Of a stretch of 61,987 bases of DNA, positions 9,998 through 19,888 are shown one piece after another. The stretch covers positions 1-61,987 of the forward strand of contig JAFQIK010000037.1 in the NCBI GenBank assembly GCA_017397545.1, in the 5' to 3' direction. Numbering within the stretch: the first letter of the stretch is position 1; each line of letters opens with the position of its first letter. Under the pieces are notes generated by a model. The model saw nothing but the letters and a program-made list of their open reading frames with translations. It ran no database searches and was not told the origin of the DNA. The position numbers and the translations under genes are program-made. The stretch is from Clostridia bacterium (GTDB lineage: Bacteria > Bacillota > Clostridia > TANB77 > CAG-508).

Positions 9998-10494
9998 TCT
10001 CTTACCTCCTTCAATTTTTCTATATCAATCTCTATTCTTCTATCAACATCTATATTTTCTGTATCTCTTTTATATATTTCTAAAGGCATTATTTGAAAGA
10101 ATCTATAAACTGGCCACTCATCTTTTAGAAAATATTCAGGTTCTGCTTCCCAAGCTTTTCGTTCTTCTTCATTTGGAAAAACTTGCAGATAATAATCTTT
10201 TACAATTTCATTAAGTTTTTCTTTTTCTACTTCCCCTACTATACCTTTTATCTGCAATCCATCTATTTCACTTACATTTTTTGTAGAATCAAAAATAGAA
10301 AAACATACATATGGATTTTCTCTAATATGTTGTATATGTTTCGATTCTACATCTGTTGTAAAATAGAAATTAAAATCTTTATCAATTGAGTATGATAATG
10401 GTGCAATCCATAATTCTCCCGCATTATTTGTTGTTGCTAGTGATAAAAATTTATTCTCCTTTATTATTTTCTTAGTCATTTCATAAATATTCAT
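9994..10494 (-). CDS. pyridoxamine 5'-phosphate oxidase-like FMN-binding split-barrel protein
   Basis: 166-aa ORF with general resemblance to the PNPOx-like family; overlaps both neighbours by 4 nt. Confidence 0.55.
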   Translation of the reverse strand: MNIYEMTKKIIKENKFLSLATTNNAGELWIAPLSYSIDKDFNFYFTTDVESKHIQHIRENPYVCFSIFDSTKNVSEIDGLQIKGIVGEVEKEKLNEIVKDYYLQVFPNEEERKAWEAEPEYFLKDEWPVYRFFQIMPLEIYKRDTENIDVDRRIEIDIEKLKEVRE

Positions 10495-12272
10495 TTTGTA
10501 TCCTCCTCTTTTATTTTTTTCATTAAAATTGGTATTATATTATCTACGTCCTCTATTATGCCATAATCGGCTATATCAAAAATTGAAGCTTTAGGATTAT
10601 TATTTATTACAAGTACTATTTTGCTATTTACTCCTAAAATATGTTCGCTTGCTCCTGATATACCACATGCAATATATAAATTTGTGTCTACAGTTTTACC
10701 AGATTGTCCAATTTGATATTTATAATTTGAAAAACCTAAATCCACTAATCTTCTGGTAACTCCTACTTTAGCCTCAAGAATATTAGCTAATTTTTGCAAT
10801 TTCTCAAAGCTCTCCTGTGTTTTTACTCCTCCACCAGCTGCTATTATAAATTTTGCATCTTCTATATTTTCTTCATTACTATAATTAATTTCTTTTACAT
10901 TTATATTATGCTCGCTACTTTCTATATCATCATCTATAATAAAGATATCTCCTTTATGATTTTTATTATACTTTGTTTTAAATATATTAGATGATATAGT
11001 TGCCATTTGAGGAAATGTATTTGGACATATAATATTTGCCATTAATTCTCCATTATATACTACTCGTTTTTGTATTAATTTTTTATCATCATCTATGTCT
11101 AAATCAATACAATCTGCTGATAATCCTGTATTTAATTCTGAAGCTACGTATGCAGCAATTATTTTTCCGTAAAAAGTTTTTCCTAATAAGAATATTTGAG
11201 GATTATGCTGTTTTATAATTTTTAATATTTTTTTAGATATACTACAATAATTTTTAGTATTGCTATTAACACAATATACCTTATCCGCACCATATTTTAT
11301 TAATTTATCTAAATTAGATGTTTCATTTGTTACAATTATAGCTTCTAAACTAGAAGAACTCTTATCTGCTAATTCTCTACCCTTTCCTAATAATTCAAGA
11401 GTATTCTTTGTAATTTCACCATTATTTTCTTCGGCATATATCCATATTTTATGAGTATCACTATTATTATTCTCTTCAAAAGTCTCTTCATTATTATTTG
11501 CATTTATATTTTGGTTTTCTCTTATTATTTCTAATATCTTATTAACTTTAAAATCTATTGTTCCTTCTATTATTTTGCATTCTTTTTTTCTATTATTAAT
11601 TCGAAACGTGCTAATAACTTTTGTTGGTGAACCTATTAATCCACAATATTTATCTTCTGTTTCTATATCTTCTGAATTATATTTTTTTACATTTTTATTT
11701 TGACTTTCTAAAATTTGCTTTATTGTTGGTATTCTAGGAACATTAATATCTTTCAAGACTGTTATTAGAGCTGGTAATTTTAATATAGTTTTAACTGTTC
11801 CAAATTCGGTAATAGACTTACATTCTATAGTTTTATCATCAATTACTTTTACTTCAATAACATTAATTGCAAAAGGAATACTTAATTTGTTTGCTAATTC
11901 TATTCCCACTTGTCCAGTAGCACTATCAGATGAATTATTACCACATATAATTAAATCATATTGTTTAATTTTAGTTATTGTTTTACTTAAAACATATGCT
12001 GTTGCATTAGTATCTGAACCTGCAAATTTATTATCTGTTACCAAAACTGTTTCATCAATACCTAAAGACATAGCTTTTTTTAAAACTACTTCTGATAATT
12101 TAGTCCCCATAGTGATACCAATTGTTTTTCCTCCTAATTTTTCTTTTAATCTTATAGCCTCTTCTATTGCATTTAAATCTATCTCATTAATACCCTTTCT
12201 GTCCAAATTATTTTTTGTAGTTACAGGTTTTATACAAACAATACTATTCAAAATGTCCTCCTTAGCAAACAA
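10491..12272 (-). CDS. fused electron transfer flavoprotein, EtfB-like N-terminal half + EtfA-like C-terminal half
   Basis: 593-aa uninterrupted ORF; N-half has VLVTD..AGSDTNATAYVLSK..DLIICG (EtfB); C-half has IAAGGGV..GQSGKTV..LYIACGISGASEHILG (EtfA FAD site); Asn/Glu-rich linker between. Confidence 0.8.
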   Translation of the reverse strand: MFAKEDILNSIVCIKPVTTKNNLDRKGINEIDLNAIEEAIRLKEKLGGKTIGITMGTKLSEVVLKKAMSLGIDETVLVTDNKFAGSDTNATAYVLSKTITKIKQYDLIICGNNSSDSATGQVGIELANKLSIPFAINVIEVKVIDDKTIECKSITEFGTVKTILKLPALITVLKDINVPRIPTIKQILESQNKNVKKYNSEDIETEDKYCGLIGSPTKVISTFRINNRKKECKIIEGTIDFKVNKILEIIRENQNINANNNEETFEENNNSDTHKIWIYAEENNGEITKNTLELLGKGRELADKSSSSLEAIIVTNETSNLDKLIKYGADKVYCVNSNTKNYCSISKKILKIIKQHNPQIFLLGKTFYGKIIAAYVASELNTGLSADCIDLDIDDDKKLIQKRVVYNGELMANIICPNTFPQMATISSNIFKTKYNKNHKGDIFIIDDDIESSEHNINVKEINYSNEENIEDAKFIIAAGGGVKTQESFEKLQKLANILEAKVGVTRRLVDLGFSNYKYQIGQSGKTVDTNLYIACGISGASEHILGVNSKIVLVINNNPKASIFDIADYGIIEDVDNIIPILMKKIKEEDTK

Positions 12273-12336
12273 TCAATTCTTTATTATTTCTATATTAATA
12301 TATCACATAAAGCGTTATATCGCAATAATAGTATTA

Positions 12337-13203
12337 TTAATAATTATGTATTTTGTAACATATATTTTCTATTTTATATCCTCTTTCCTTAATTTCTCCC
12401 CTCTTTCCATATTTAGTATTTTTTACATATTGTATTTCGTAATAGATTTCATCTTTATTTGTATTAAACCATTTTATTATTTTTTTAACTGCTAATGGTT
12501 TAAAGTATACTTGCCAATATTCATTTTTAGTTAAGTCTTTTATTATTGCTATATGCTCATCTTCATAAAAATGCTTATATGATATTTTATATCCTAATTC
12601 TCTTGCTATTGCTCCTATTAAATTTGAGTGTGGAATTTTATTTTCAGAATATAGTCCTAGTTGTTCTGCTATGTCAGATGATAAGCAGTAATTATTTTGA
12701 ATTTTTATATCAATTGATGATTTAATATTTTCAATTTCGTTTTTCACTTCTTTTAATCCTAATTCCAAATTATCAACTCTCAAATTATTTTCTTTCATAT
12801 AATTTATTGCATTTTGCATTAAATCAATTAGTTGATTTGAATTATTGTTAGTATTTATGATTTCTCTATATCTTTTTTCAGTTTCAATAAAATATCTTCT
12901 TATAAATCTGCCTTTTTCGTTATTTTCTACCATACATAATTCTTTGGCCATATGTATTGTTACAAAATAATCAATTTGTGGTTTCTTTAAATTTCCAACC
13001 ATCACAAAATTGTGATGCTTAATAAATTCTTCATTTTCAACAAATCCATATTGCTCTATTCTTTGTTTTATCCAGTCTGCAAATCTTCTTTTATTTTCTA
13101 ATTCTCTGTGCAATTGTCTTGCATTAATTAGCCTTTCTTTTGATTAATTTTCATAAATAGATATAAGGCCTTCTTCAATTTTCTTTAATTCTATAACCAT
13201 CAT
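12337..13203 (-). pseudogene. phage antirepressor (AntA/KilAC-type) with in-frame TAA at 13144..13146
   Basis: ATG ATG at 13203/13200 with RBS, MMVIELKKIEEGLISIYEN, TAA, then SKERLINARQLHRELENKRRFADWIK.. in the same frame; the ORF-track ORF 12337..13113 starts at an internal TTG. Confidence 0.65.
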
Positions 13204-13324
13204 TCCTTTCATTATTTATTTTTAATTCATTTGAAATTTATTGGCGAAATGCCATGAAATAAAATTAATTGATTTAAATTTATTTTATATTATCATATTT
13301 TACATTTTTTGTAAATATATTTAT

Positions 13325-13350
13325 CACATTTCACAAATTTGTGAAATGTG
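13325..13350. promoter_or_regulatory. perfect 26-bp palindrome, candidate operator upstream of the antirepressor gene
   Basis: CACATTTCACAAA|TTTGTGAAATGTG. Confidence 0.45.
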
Positions 13351-13387
13351 GATAAATTTTTATTAAAATCTGGATTATGTATTATAA

Positions 13388-13419
13388 AATCTGCTTTCGC
13401 ATTTTTGAGAAAGCAGATT
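13388..13419 (-). terminator. hairpin terminator just downstream of ABC gene 13426..15084
   Basis: AATCTGCTTTC gcattttt GAGAAAGCAGATT flanked by A/T runs. Confidence 0.6.
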
Positions 13420-13425
13420 TATGTT

Positions 13426-15084
13426 TTATACGATCATTCCATCTTGCATAGTAATTATTTTATTGCACAATTTTGTTGTTTCTAATCTATGAGCAATTAT
13501 TATACTTATTTTTTCTTTTGTTACTTCTTCTATTGCATTTTTTACAAGCATTTCTGTGTTATTGCTTAAATTAGATGTTGCTTCATCTAATATTATTAAA
13601 TCTGGATTTATAGCCATTATTCTTGCAAAGTTTATAAGTTGTTTTTCTCCAGTTGATAAAACATCTGGATTATCAAATATATTTGTGTTATATCCATCCT
13701 CTAAAGTCATTATTTTATCATGTAGTTTTAATCTTTTAAATATATTTTTTATTTCCTCTTCTTTAATATTTTTATTAACATATCTTATATTATCAATTAT
13801 TGTATGTGGCAATATTTGTACATCCTGCATTATATATCCTATATTATTTCTTAATGATGCTATGCTATATTCTTTATAATCACTACCATTAATTAGTATT
13901 TTTCCGTTATTCGGTTCATAAAACCTACACAATAAATTGGTTATTGTACTTTTTCCGCTTCCAGTTTTTCCAACTAAAGCAATTTTATCATTTTGATTAA
14001 TTTTTAAATTAAAGTTTTTAATTGTTTTTTGATTGTCATTATACGAAAAATTTACATTTCTAAATTCTATAGAATTTATTTCTTTTAGTTCTTGCCCATT
14101 GTCAATTTCTTCTACATTTTCTATTTCTAAAAATTTAAGTATTTTAGAATATGAAACAAATGCCTTATTAAATCCTGTTAAATGCCTAATAAACCAATTA
14201 AACTCATATCCTAGATTTCCACTGTAATCAATCAGTAGCATTATTTCTGCATAACTTGCCAATCCTTTAACAATATTATTTCCAGAAAAATATATTATTA
14301 GAGGTATTGAAAATGAAGTTATATATGTAAATATGCTATTATATGTTGCCACTATTTTTTCTACCTTTTTATTTTCTGAAACAAATTCATTTAATCTTGC
14401 TTCTAATTCTTGTATTTTATTATCTATAATTTCTAAAGTCTTTATTGTTAAAAATCCTTGAATTCCTTCATTTATTAATGTATAAATTTCTATACTTGTT
14501 TTTCTTATCTCATATATTTCTTTTATTGTTTTTCTGTTAAAATATACAGTTACTGTATATCCTATTATATATAATCCTACAATTAATAAAGTTACTTTCA
14601 AATCTATAAACATCATAAAAAATGCTATTATTAAAAATCTAATAACTCCCATAAAGTACATTTCTACAATAATATCAGGAAACAATCTTCCTGCTTCGTT
14701 TGTATCATTTTGCATAAATTGCAATATCGTTCCAGATTCGTTTTCGTCATAAAATTTTGTATTAACTTTTTGTAACTTATTAAATACTTTTTCTCTTAAT
14801 TCTCCTTGCATTATTCTTTCTAGAATACATCTCATATTGCAATGTTTTAATACCATATAGCTTTGTATTAATATAATGATGATATATAAAGCTGAATATG
14901 TAAGTATTCCTTTTATATTTTGATTTGGAATTTCTATATTTATAATTTTTTTTGTAATATATGTAACTAATATAAGTTCCATAATTACTGTTACAACAAT
15001 AAGTAAAAATAACTGCAGCATTTTTTTATGATGTCCTGCATCTTGATACATTTTATATAATTCTTGTAATTTTTTTGTTTTCAT
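13426..15084 (-). CDS. ABC exporter, fused permease/ATP-binding protein
   Basis: 552-aa ORF; 6-TM N-half; Walker A GKTGSGKST, signature LSTGEKQ, Walker B IILDEATS. Confidence 0.9.
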   Translation of the reverse strand: MKTKKLQELYKMYQDAGHHKKMLQLFLLIVVTVIMELILVTYITKKIINIEIPNQNIKGILTYSALYIIIILIQSYMVLKHCNMRCILERIMQGELREKVFNKLQKVNTKFYDENESGTILQFMQNDTNEAGRLFPDIIVEMYFMGVIRFLIIAFFMMFIDLKVTLLIVGLYIIGYTVTVYFNRKTIKEIYEIRKTSIEIYTLINEGIQGFLTIKTLEIIDNKIQELEARLNEFVSENKKVEKIVATYNSIFTYITSFSIPLIIYFSGNNIVKGLASYAEIMLLIDYSGNLGYEFNWFIRHLTGFNKAFVSYSKILKFLEIENVEEIDNGQELKEINSIEFRNVNFSYNDNQKTIKNFNLKINQNDKIALVGKTGSGKSTITNLLCRFYEPNNGKILINGSDYKEYSIASLRNNIGYIMQDVQILPHTIIDNIRYVNKNIKEEEIKNIFKRLKLHDKIMTLEDGYNTNIFDNPDVLSTGEKQLINFARIMAINPDLIILDEATSNLSNNTEMLVKNAIEEVTKEKISIIIAHRLETTKLCNKIITMQDGMIV

Positions 15085-15126
15085 CTTTTGCTCCTATATT
15101 AACATTCATTTTATTAGCAATGCCTA

Positions 15127-15158
15127 TGTAGAGCGGGCGAACACAGTTCGCCCCTACA
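15127..15158. repeat. REP-like element between the two ABC exporter genes
   Basis: TGTAGAGCGGGCGAACACAGTTCGCCCCTACA. Confidence 0.8.
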
Positions 15159-15181
15159 TTTCCTCTATAAATTTGATTTAT

Positions 15182-16877
15182 TTATGCTAGTTTTAGTTGA
15201 TTAGTTTTTTTAACTGTTGTTGTTTTGTTTTCTATATATATTACTTTATCTACATATTCTGTTATTTTTAATTCGTGTGTTATAAATATCATTGTTTTCT
15301 GGTTATACTTGTTTACTAAATTCTCTAATATCTTTTCTTTTGTGTTGTTATCAATTTTATTAAATGCTTCGTCAAAAATAACTATCGGCTTATTATTTAC
15401 TAATGTTCTTGCTATTGATATTCTTTGTTTTTGCCCTCCTGAAAGTTTTGCTCCTTTTTCTCCAACTAAAGTATTTTCTTTTTCTTCAAATCTTTGAATA
15501 TCATCATAAATTTCTGCATCTTTAAGTACATTTTCTATATTGTTTGCTTTACTGTTTTTTAATAACACATTTTCTAAAATTGTGCCTTTAAATAAGTATG
15601 AATTTCCATCAACTAATTCTACATATTCTCTTATATTTCTTTTATTTAACCTTTTGCTATTATGATTATTTATATATATATTTCCATTGTGTTCATTAAA
15701 TCCCAATATAGCTTTTGATAATAGACTTTTTCCGCTTCCATTATCACCAAGGATTGCAACCTTTTCCCCTTTTTGTATAATAAAATTCAAATCCTTAAGC
15801 ATTAATTTATTTTCAGCAAGTATGCTTACATTACTAAAAATAATATCTCCATCAAGCTTATATGAATCTTTATTTTTACTTTCTTCTTTTAGTTTAAGCA
15901 TTTTACTTATTTTTTTACTTACTGCATAAAAATCGTCTATCGATTCTAAGTTTGCTCCTAATTGTAGAAAATAATCAAATATTGTTCCTGCATAATTTAA
16001 TAATACAGTTATTCCTCCGAATAGTCATTGTTCCATTTATAACAGACATTCCTCCGATTATAAATATAATTGGAGTTTTTAAATAAGTAATGTGATCACT
16101 CATTATTTCATAAAACAAAATTAGTTTAATTAGTTTTACATTACTTGCAGTACATTCATCATTTAAAACTTTATATTTTTGTTTTTCTTCTTTTTGTTTG
16201 TTTAACATTCTTATTAATTTAAAATTATTAAGATTTAGCATAGTTGCTCCTAATAATTCTTTTCTTGTTCTAATACATTCTCCTATTTGCTTGTCCAATC
16301 TTTTTAAATACCAAAAAGAAAACAATATCATAACTAAAAAAGTGATTACAAAATATATTGTTATAGCTATATTTAAACTAACTGTTTCTGTTATTATAAA
16401 AATAGTTAAAAATATAATGTCAATTATCATATTAAACTGATTATTAAAAAAGTTAGAATAAATGTCTGCATCTTCTGTAATTCTTTGTAAAATCTCAGTT
16501 TTATCGTATGAGTTATAGCTTTTATATTCTAAGTTTAAAGTATGTTTAAATAGTTTTAATTTTACATTTGTATTTATTTTTAGTTTAAACTTACTTGTTA
16601 TTATACTTCTTAAATAGCTTACAAACATAAGTAATAAATTTATTACAATAATAATTGCCGATATTATTAATAAATTATGCATATAGCTATTTGTTAATAT
16701 TTTGTTAATAAATATTGGTAAATTTTCATAATCATTGTAGATTACATTATCTATTGCATATTTTACATATATTGCTGTTTGCAAAGTTAAATAAGAAAAA
16801 ACTATACTTAAAATAAGGAGCCAAAAAATATATCTTTTTGTTCCTTTTAATCCAATTGTTATTACATTATTTTTCAT
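15182..16877 (-). CDS. ABC exporter, fused permease/ATP-binding protein; TMD and NBD ORFs joined by a +1 shift at CGG (16017..16019)
   Basis: ORF 15975..16877 (TMD) ends shortly after ..VINGTMTI CGG; skipping C at 16019 reads GGITVLLNYAGTIFDYFLQLGANLESIDDFYAVSKKISKMLKLKEE.. in frame with NBD ORF 15182..15901 (GDNGSGKS, LSGGQKQR, VIFDEA). Confidence 0.85.
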
Positions 16878-16888
16878 TTGTTAATCCT

Positions 16889-17053
16889 TTAAAATTTAAT
16901 TTCTTTATTTATATATGGATTTTTGCTGTCAAATTCCATATTTAATTCATTTGCAATACCATTTTCAATATTGCTAAGCATATAATTTGTGTATTCTCCT
17001 TCATTTATACTGTTAAGTCCATTTATATTTTTATTAAAATTGTATATGTTCAA
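16889..17053 (-). CDS. possible 54-aa small protein immediately upstream of the ABC exporter pair
   Basis: TTG start 8 nt after GGAGGTG; (M)NIYNFNKNINGLNSINEGEYTNYMLSNIENGIANELNMEFDSKNPYINKEIKF; stop is 11 nt before the ABC start codon; below the ORF-track size cutoff. Confidence 0.3.
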   Translation of the reverse strand: MNIYNFNKNINGLNSINEGEYTNYMLSNIENGIANELNMEFDSKNPYINKEIKF

Positions 17054-17154
17054 TATAAAAACACCTCCAATTAAATCTATTATAATTATAGATTTGATTA
17101 AAAGGTGTTTCTCTACTTTTTTGATACTAGTTTTGTTGTTTTATACTACTAATA

Positions 17155-17841
17155 TTAACCTTCTCCTATTGCAACTCCCTCTGCTGACTTTTCGTTTTCT
17201 TCTTTACTTAATACTTCCACAGATACTTTTGGTGGATAACTAAAATAATCAATTTTAGCTTTATACCCTTTTGATAAGAGCTTAGCCATTAGTGTTTCTA
17301 CAGATTTATAAAGATTCTCAGGGAAATCTTCCTGAGCATTAATTTCTATTGTTTCGCCTTCTTCCATTCCTTCTAATTTTTCTTCCCATTTAGCCAAAAA
17401 AGCTGTTATTCTTTCTCTATCAGAACCTTGTTTTACCGGTTCTTGGTCTTCTCCAGAATAAAAAGTATAATAATCCTTAAATTCAGAATTACCATCTTGC
17501 ATTGTTTTTGGTTCATTCCATTTTACTTCCATTATTCCTTTTTCTGCACTAATTATTGTAGTAAATCCTGCTTCTTCTAATGCTTTTTGACATTTTTGAT
17601 ATACTTCTTTCCCTTTAGATTTATCTATATGTATAGTATGTGTTGTAAAAGGTTTATCTGCCGATGGCCAATTAGATGATCTACTTGTTGTAAGGCAAGC
17701 CAAAAACTGATTTCTTATAAAAGTTTCTTTCTCATCTCTTGCTTCTCCATTTGAAAAAGAATTTATTAAAATTTGTGCAATTTCCTCATTACTTAAATCA
17801 TGTTTGTTACAAAAATCTGCTGTTATTAAATGTTGTTTCAT
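17155..17841 (-). CDS. hypothetical protein
   Basis: 228-aa ORF with RBS; no family recognised. Confidence 0.6.
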   Translation of the reverse strand: MKQHLITADFCNKHDLSNEEIAQILINSFSNGEARDEKETFIRNQFLACLTTSRSSNWPSADKPFTTHTIHIDKSKGKEVYQKCQKALEEAGFTTIISAEKGIMEVKWNEPKTMQDGNSEFKDYYTFYSGEDQEPVKQGSDRERITAFLAKWEEKLEGMEEGETIEINAQEDFPENLYKSVETLMAKLLSKGYKAKIDYFSYPPKVSVEVLSKEENEKSAEGVAIGEG

Positions 17842-17897
17842 TTTATAACCTCCTATACAAATTATGTTTATATTATAACATTTATTTTATGTAGATG

Positions 17898-18440
17898 TCA
17901 ATTTTTGCTAATTTTTTTCTCTTTAAAATACCCGTATGTCGCAGATATAGTTAATATTGTTTCTAATATTATTCCAAATATAGACATTATATAAATATTA
18001 TATGTTATCCATAATATTCCCATTGGTAAGCCTAATAGCTTATACACAGAAGTTTTCTTTTGCCAGACAGAATATGTATATATCATCGTTATAACAACAG
18101 GTATTAAACTCAATATACCATCATATGTAAATATTGTTGATATTACAGATATTAAATATAGTACAGCTAATATTACTATATCCTTTTTTTCTATTTTCTC
18201 AGTCTTACCGTTTATCTTTTCATCAATAAGAAAAATAATATTTCTTAATATTGCTACAAAGCACATTGCAAGCCCTGTATATGCTTGCAAGAAAATATAT
18301 GCTATACCATTTGCAACTAATGATATATTACTTAATACTAAAATATTTTTTCTTGATTTTGCTTGATAGCTTAACACTAAGAGAAAATAACTTACTATAA
18401 CAAATACTTGTGATAATATATATTCTAGACTTAATTCCAT
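17898..18440 (-). CDS. small multi-pass membrane protein (YgjV-like)
   Basis: 180-aa ORF, about 5-6 TM segments. Confidence 0.5.
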   Translation of the reverse strand: MELSLEYILSQVFVIVSYFLLVLSYQAKSRKNILVLSNISLVANGIAYIFLQAYTGLAMCFVAILRNIIFLIDEKINGKTEKIEKKDIVILAVLYLISVISTIFTYDGILSLIPVVITMIYTYSVWQKKTSVYKLLGLPMGILWITYNIYIMSIFGIILETILTISATYGYFKEKKISKN

Positions 18441-18455
18441 CTTTTTATCTCCTTA

Positions 18456-18992
18456 TTATAATTTCATTTGATAGATATCTCTTAAATGTCCGTTTGCTAC
18501 AGTTGTTGTTTTTACATATTCTAATCCTAATCTTTGCAGTGCTTTATTACTTCCCATGTTATCAGGATGTGCCATTGATATAACATAGTCAAATCCTAAT
18601 TCTCTTGCTAATTCTGTTTGCATTTCTATCAATTTTCTCATTATTCCCATTCCTCTATATTCTGGAAGAACAAGATTACCTCCCAATTCGCATACTTTAT
18701 AGTCATTTAATCCTAATACATCTATAAATTCTTGAAGCATTTCTCTTTTTACATATAGTTGAGCCATACCTACAAGTTTATCTCCATCATACGCTCCATG
18801 TAAAGGCGCATAATTTTTATCAAAAATTTGCTCTAATTCCCATTCTTCATAAGGAATAAAGAACTCTGGTCTTTCTAAGTTCCCTAAAACTGTACTTATT
18901 AACTCCCTTAATTGTTTTTCATCTTTCTTTTCAATTTCTTTATAAATCAATTCACTCATTTTATATACCTCTTTCCTTTTCTCTTTTTTCAA
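18456..18992 (-). CDS. GNAT family N-acetyltransferase (likely true start ATG at 18959)
   Basis: acetyl-CoA motif PEYRGMGIMRKLIE; the ATG at 18959 follows AAGAGG and lies 1 nt after the upstream stop. Confidence 0.8.
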   Translation of the reverse strand: MKKEKRKEVYKMSELIYKEIEKKDEKQLRELISTVLGNLERPEFFIPYEEWELEQIFDKNYAPLHGAYDGDKLVGMAQLYVKREMLQEFIDVLGLNDYKVCELGGNLVLPEYRGMGIMRKLIEMQTELARELGFDYVISMAHPDNMGSNKALQRLGLEYVKTTTVANGHLRDIYQMKL

Positions 18993-19857
18993 CGATTTTA
19001 CTTAATGCATCTTTAGTAAAATATGAGCTGTCATAAATTCTGCTTGTTTTTTTAACTGAACATAAGTCTATCAATTCAAAAGGTGTGACATTATTATTCT
19101 TTATCCCCCTATGGTTATAACATCTAGCCAAATTTATGGTTTCTTCTCCTATTCTTATATTTACATCTGAGACTGTTAATTTTTTAATCATGTCATCTTT
19201 CATTTTTTCTGGTAATGCTTCTAATATCAGTTGTTGTAATTCGTCTCCTAATAATTCTTCTTGTGTATACGTACTTAAAAATTCTCCTAATTCGATGTCG
19301 TTTTCTCCTTCTATTTGTTCAAACTGTCTTGTGTCTCCTTGTAAAATACCACCAAAGTATCTTGAACCTTTAAACTTTCTTATCCCTTCAAAAGAATCCT
19401 TATATTTAACTTCATATAAGCACTGATATTTTGCATCTTCTATTCTTGATCTAAAAATTTGTAAAAATCCTTTTAATTCATCTATTGTAAATTTCCTTTC
19501 ACTTGAAATTTCTTCTCCAAAAGTTTTATACCAAAAATCGCTAAAACTATAAAAACTCATCCTACTTTTATCTAAATCTTTTGGATATAAATAGCCTCCA
19601 AATCCTGCTCTTCCTCCTGGCAAAGCATGCAATCTATATTCTATAAAATCTTGGATATCTTCCATATTTGTAGCTTTTATCCTGGCTGTAGGATATTTAT
19701 ATAAATTTGAGTCACTAATTTGTTCTCTTAAATAGATAAAAACATCTCTGCCATATTCGCTATTTGGATCCTCCTTTACCCTTACTTCAATTTCTGAACT
19801 AGCATATGTTTCTTCTTTTTTTGTTAAATCTTTAAGTTTTTTTATAAAGCTATTCAT
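18961..19857 (-). CDS. hypothetical protein
   Basis: 298-aa ORF; no family recognised. Confidence 0.6.
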   Translation of the reverse strand: MNSFIKKLKDLTKKEETYASSEIEVRVKEDPNSEYGRDVFIYLREQISDSNLYKYPTARIKATNMEDIQDFIEYRLHALPGGRAGFGGYLYPKDLDKSRMSFYSFSDFWYKTFGEEISSERKFTIDELKGFLQIFRSRIEDAKYQCLYEVKYKDSFEGIRKFKGSRYFGGILQGDTRQFEQIEGENDIELGEFLSTYTQEELLGDELQQLILEALPEKMKDDMIKKLTVSDVNIRIGEETINLARCYNHRGIKNNNVTPFELIDLCSVKKTSRIYDSSYFTKDALSKIVEKREKERGI

Positions 19858-19888
19858 AATTATTTTCCTTTCTACATTCTTGACACTT

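Noticed and set aside
10491-12272. The EtfB-EtfA fusion as an artefact of a lost stop or a frameshift
   Set aside because: It is a single uninterrupted ORF with both halves in the same frame, joined by a coding low-complexity linker. No CGG or frame change is involved. It still needs confirmation against reads.
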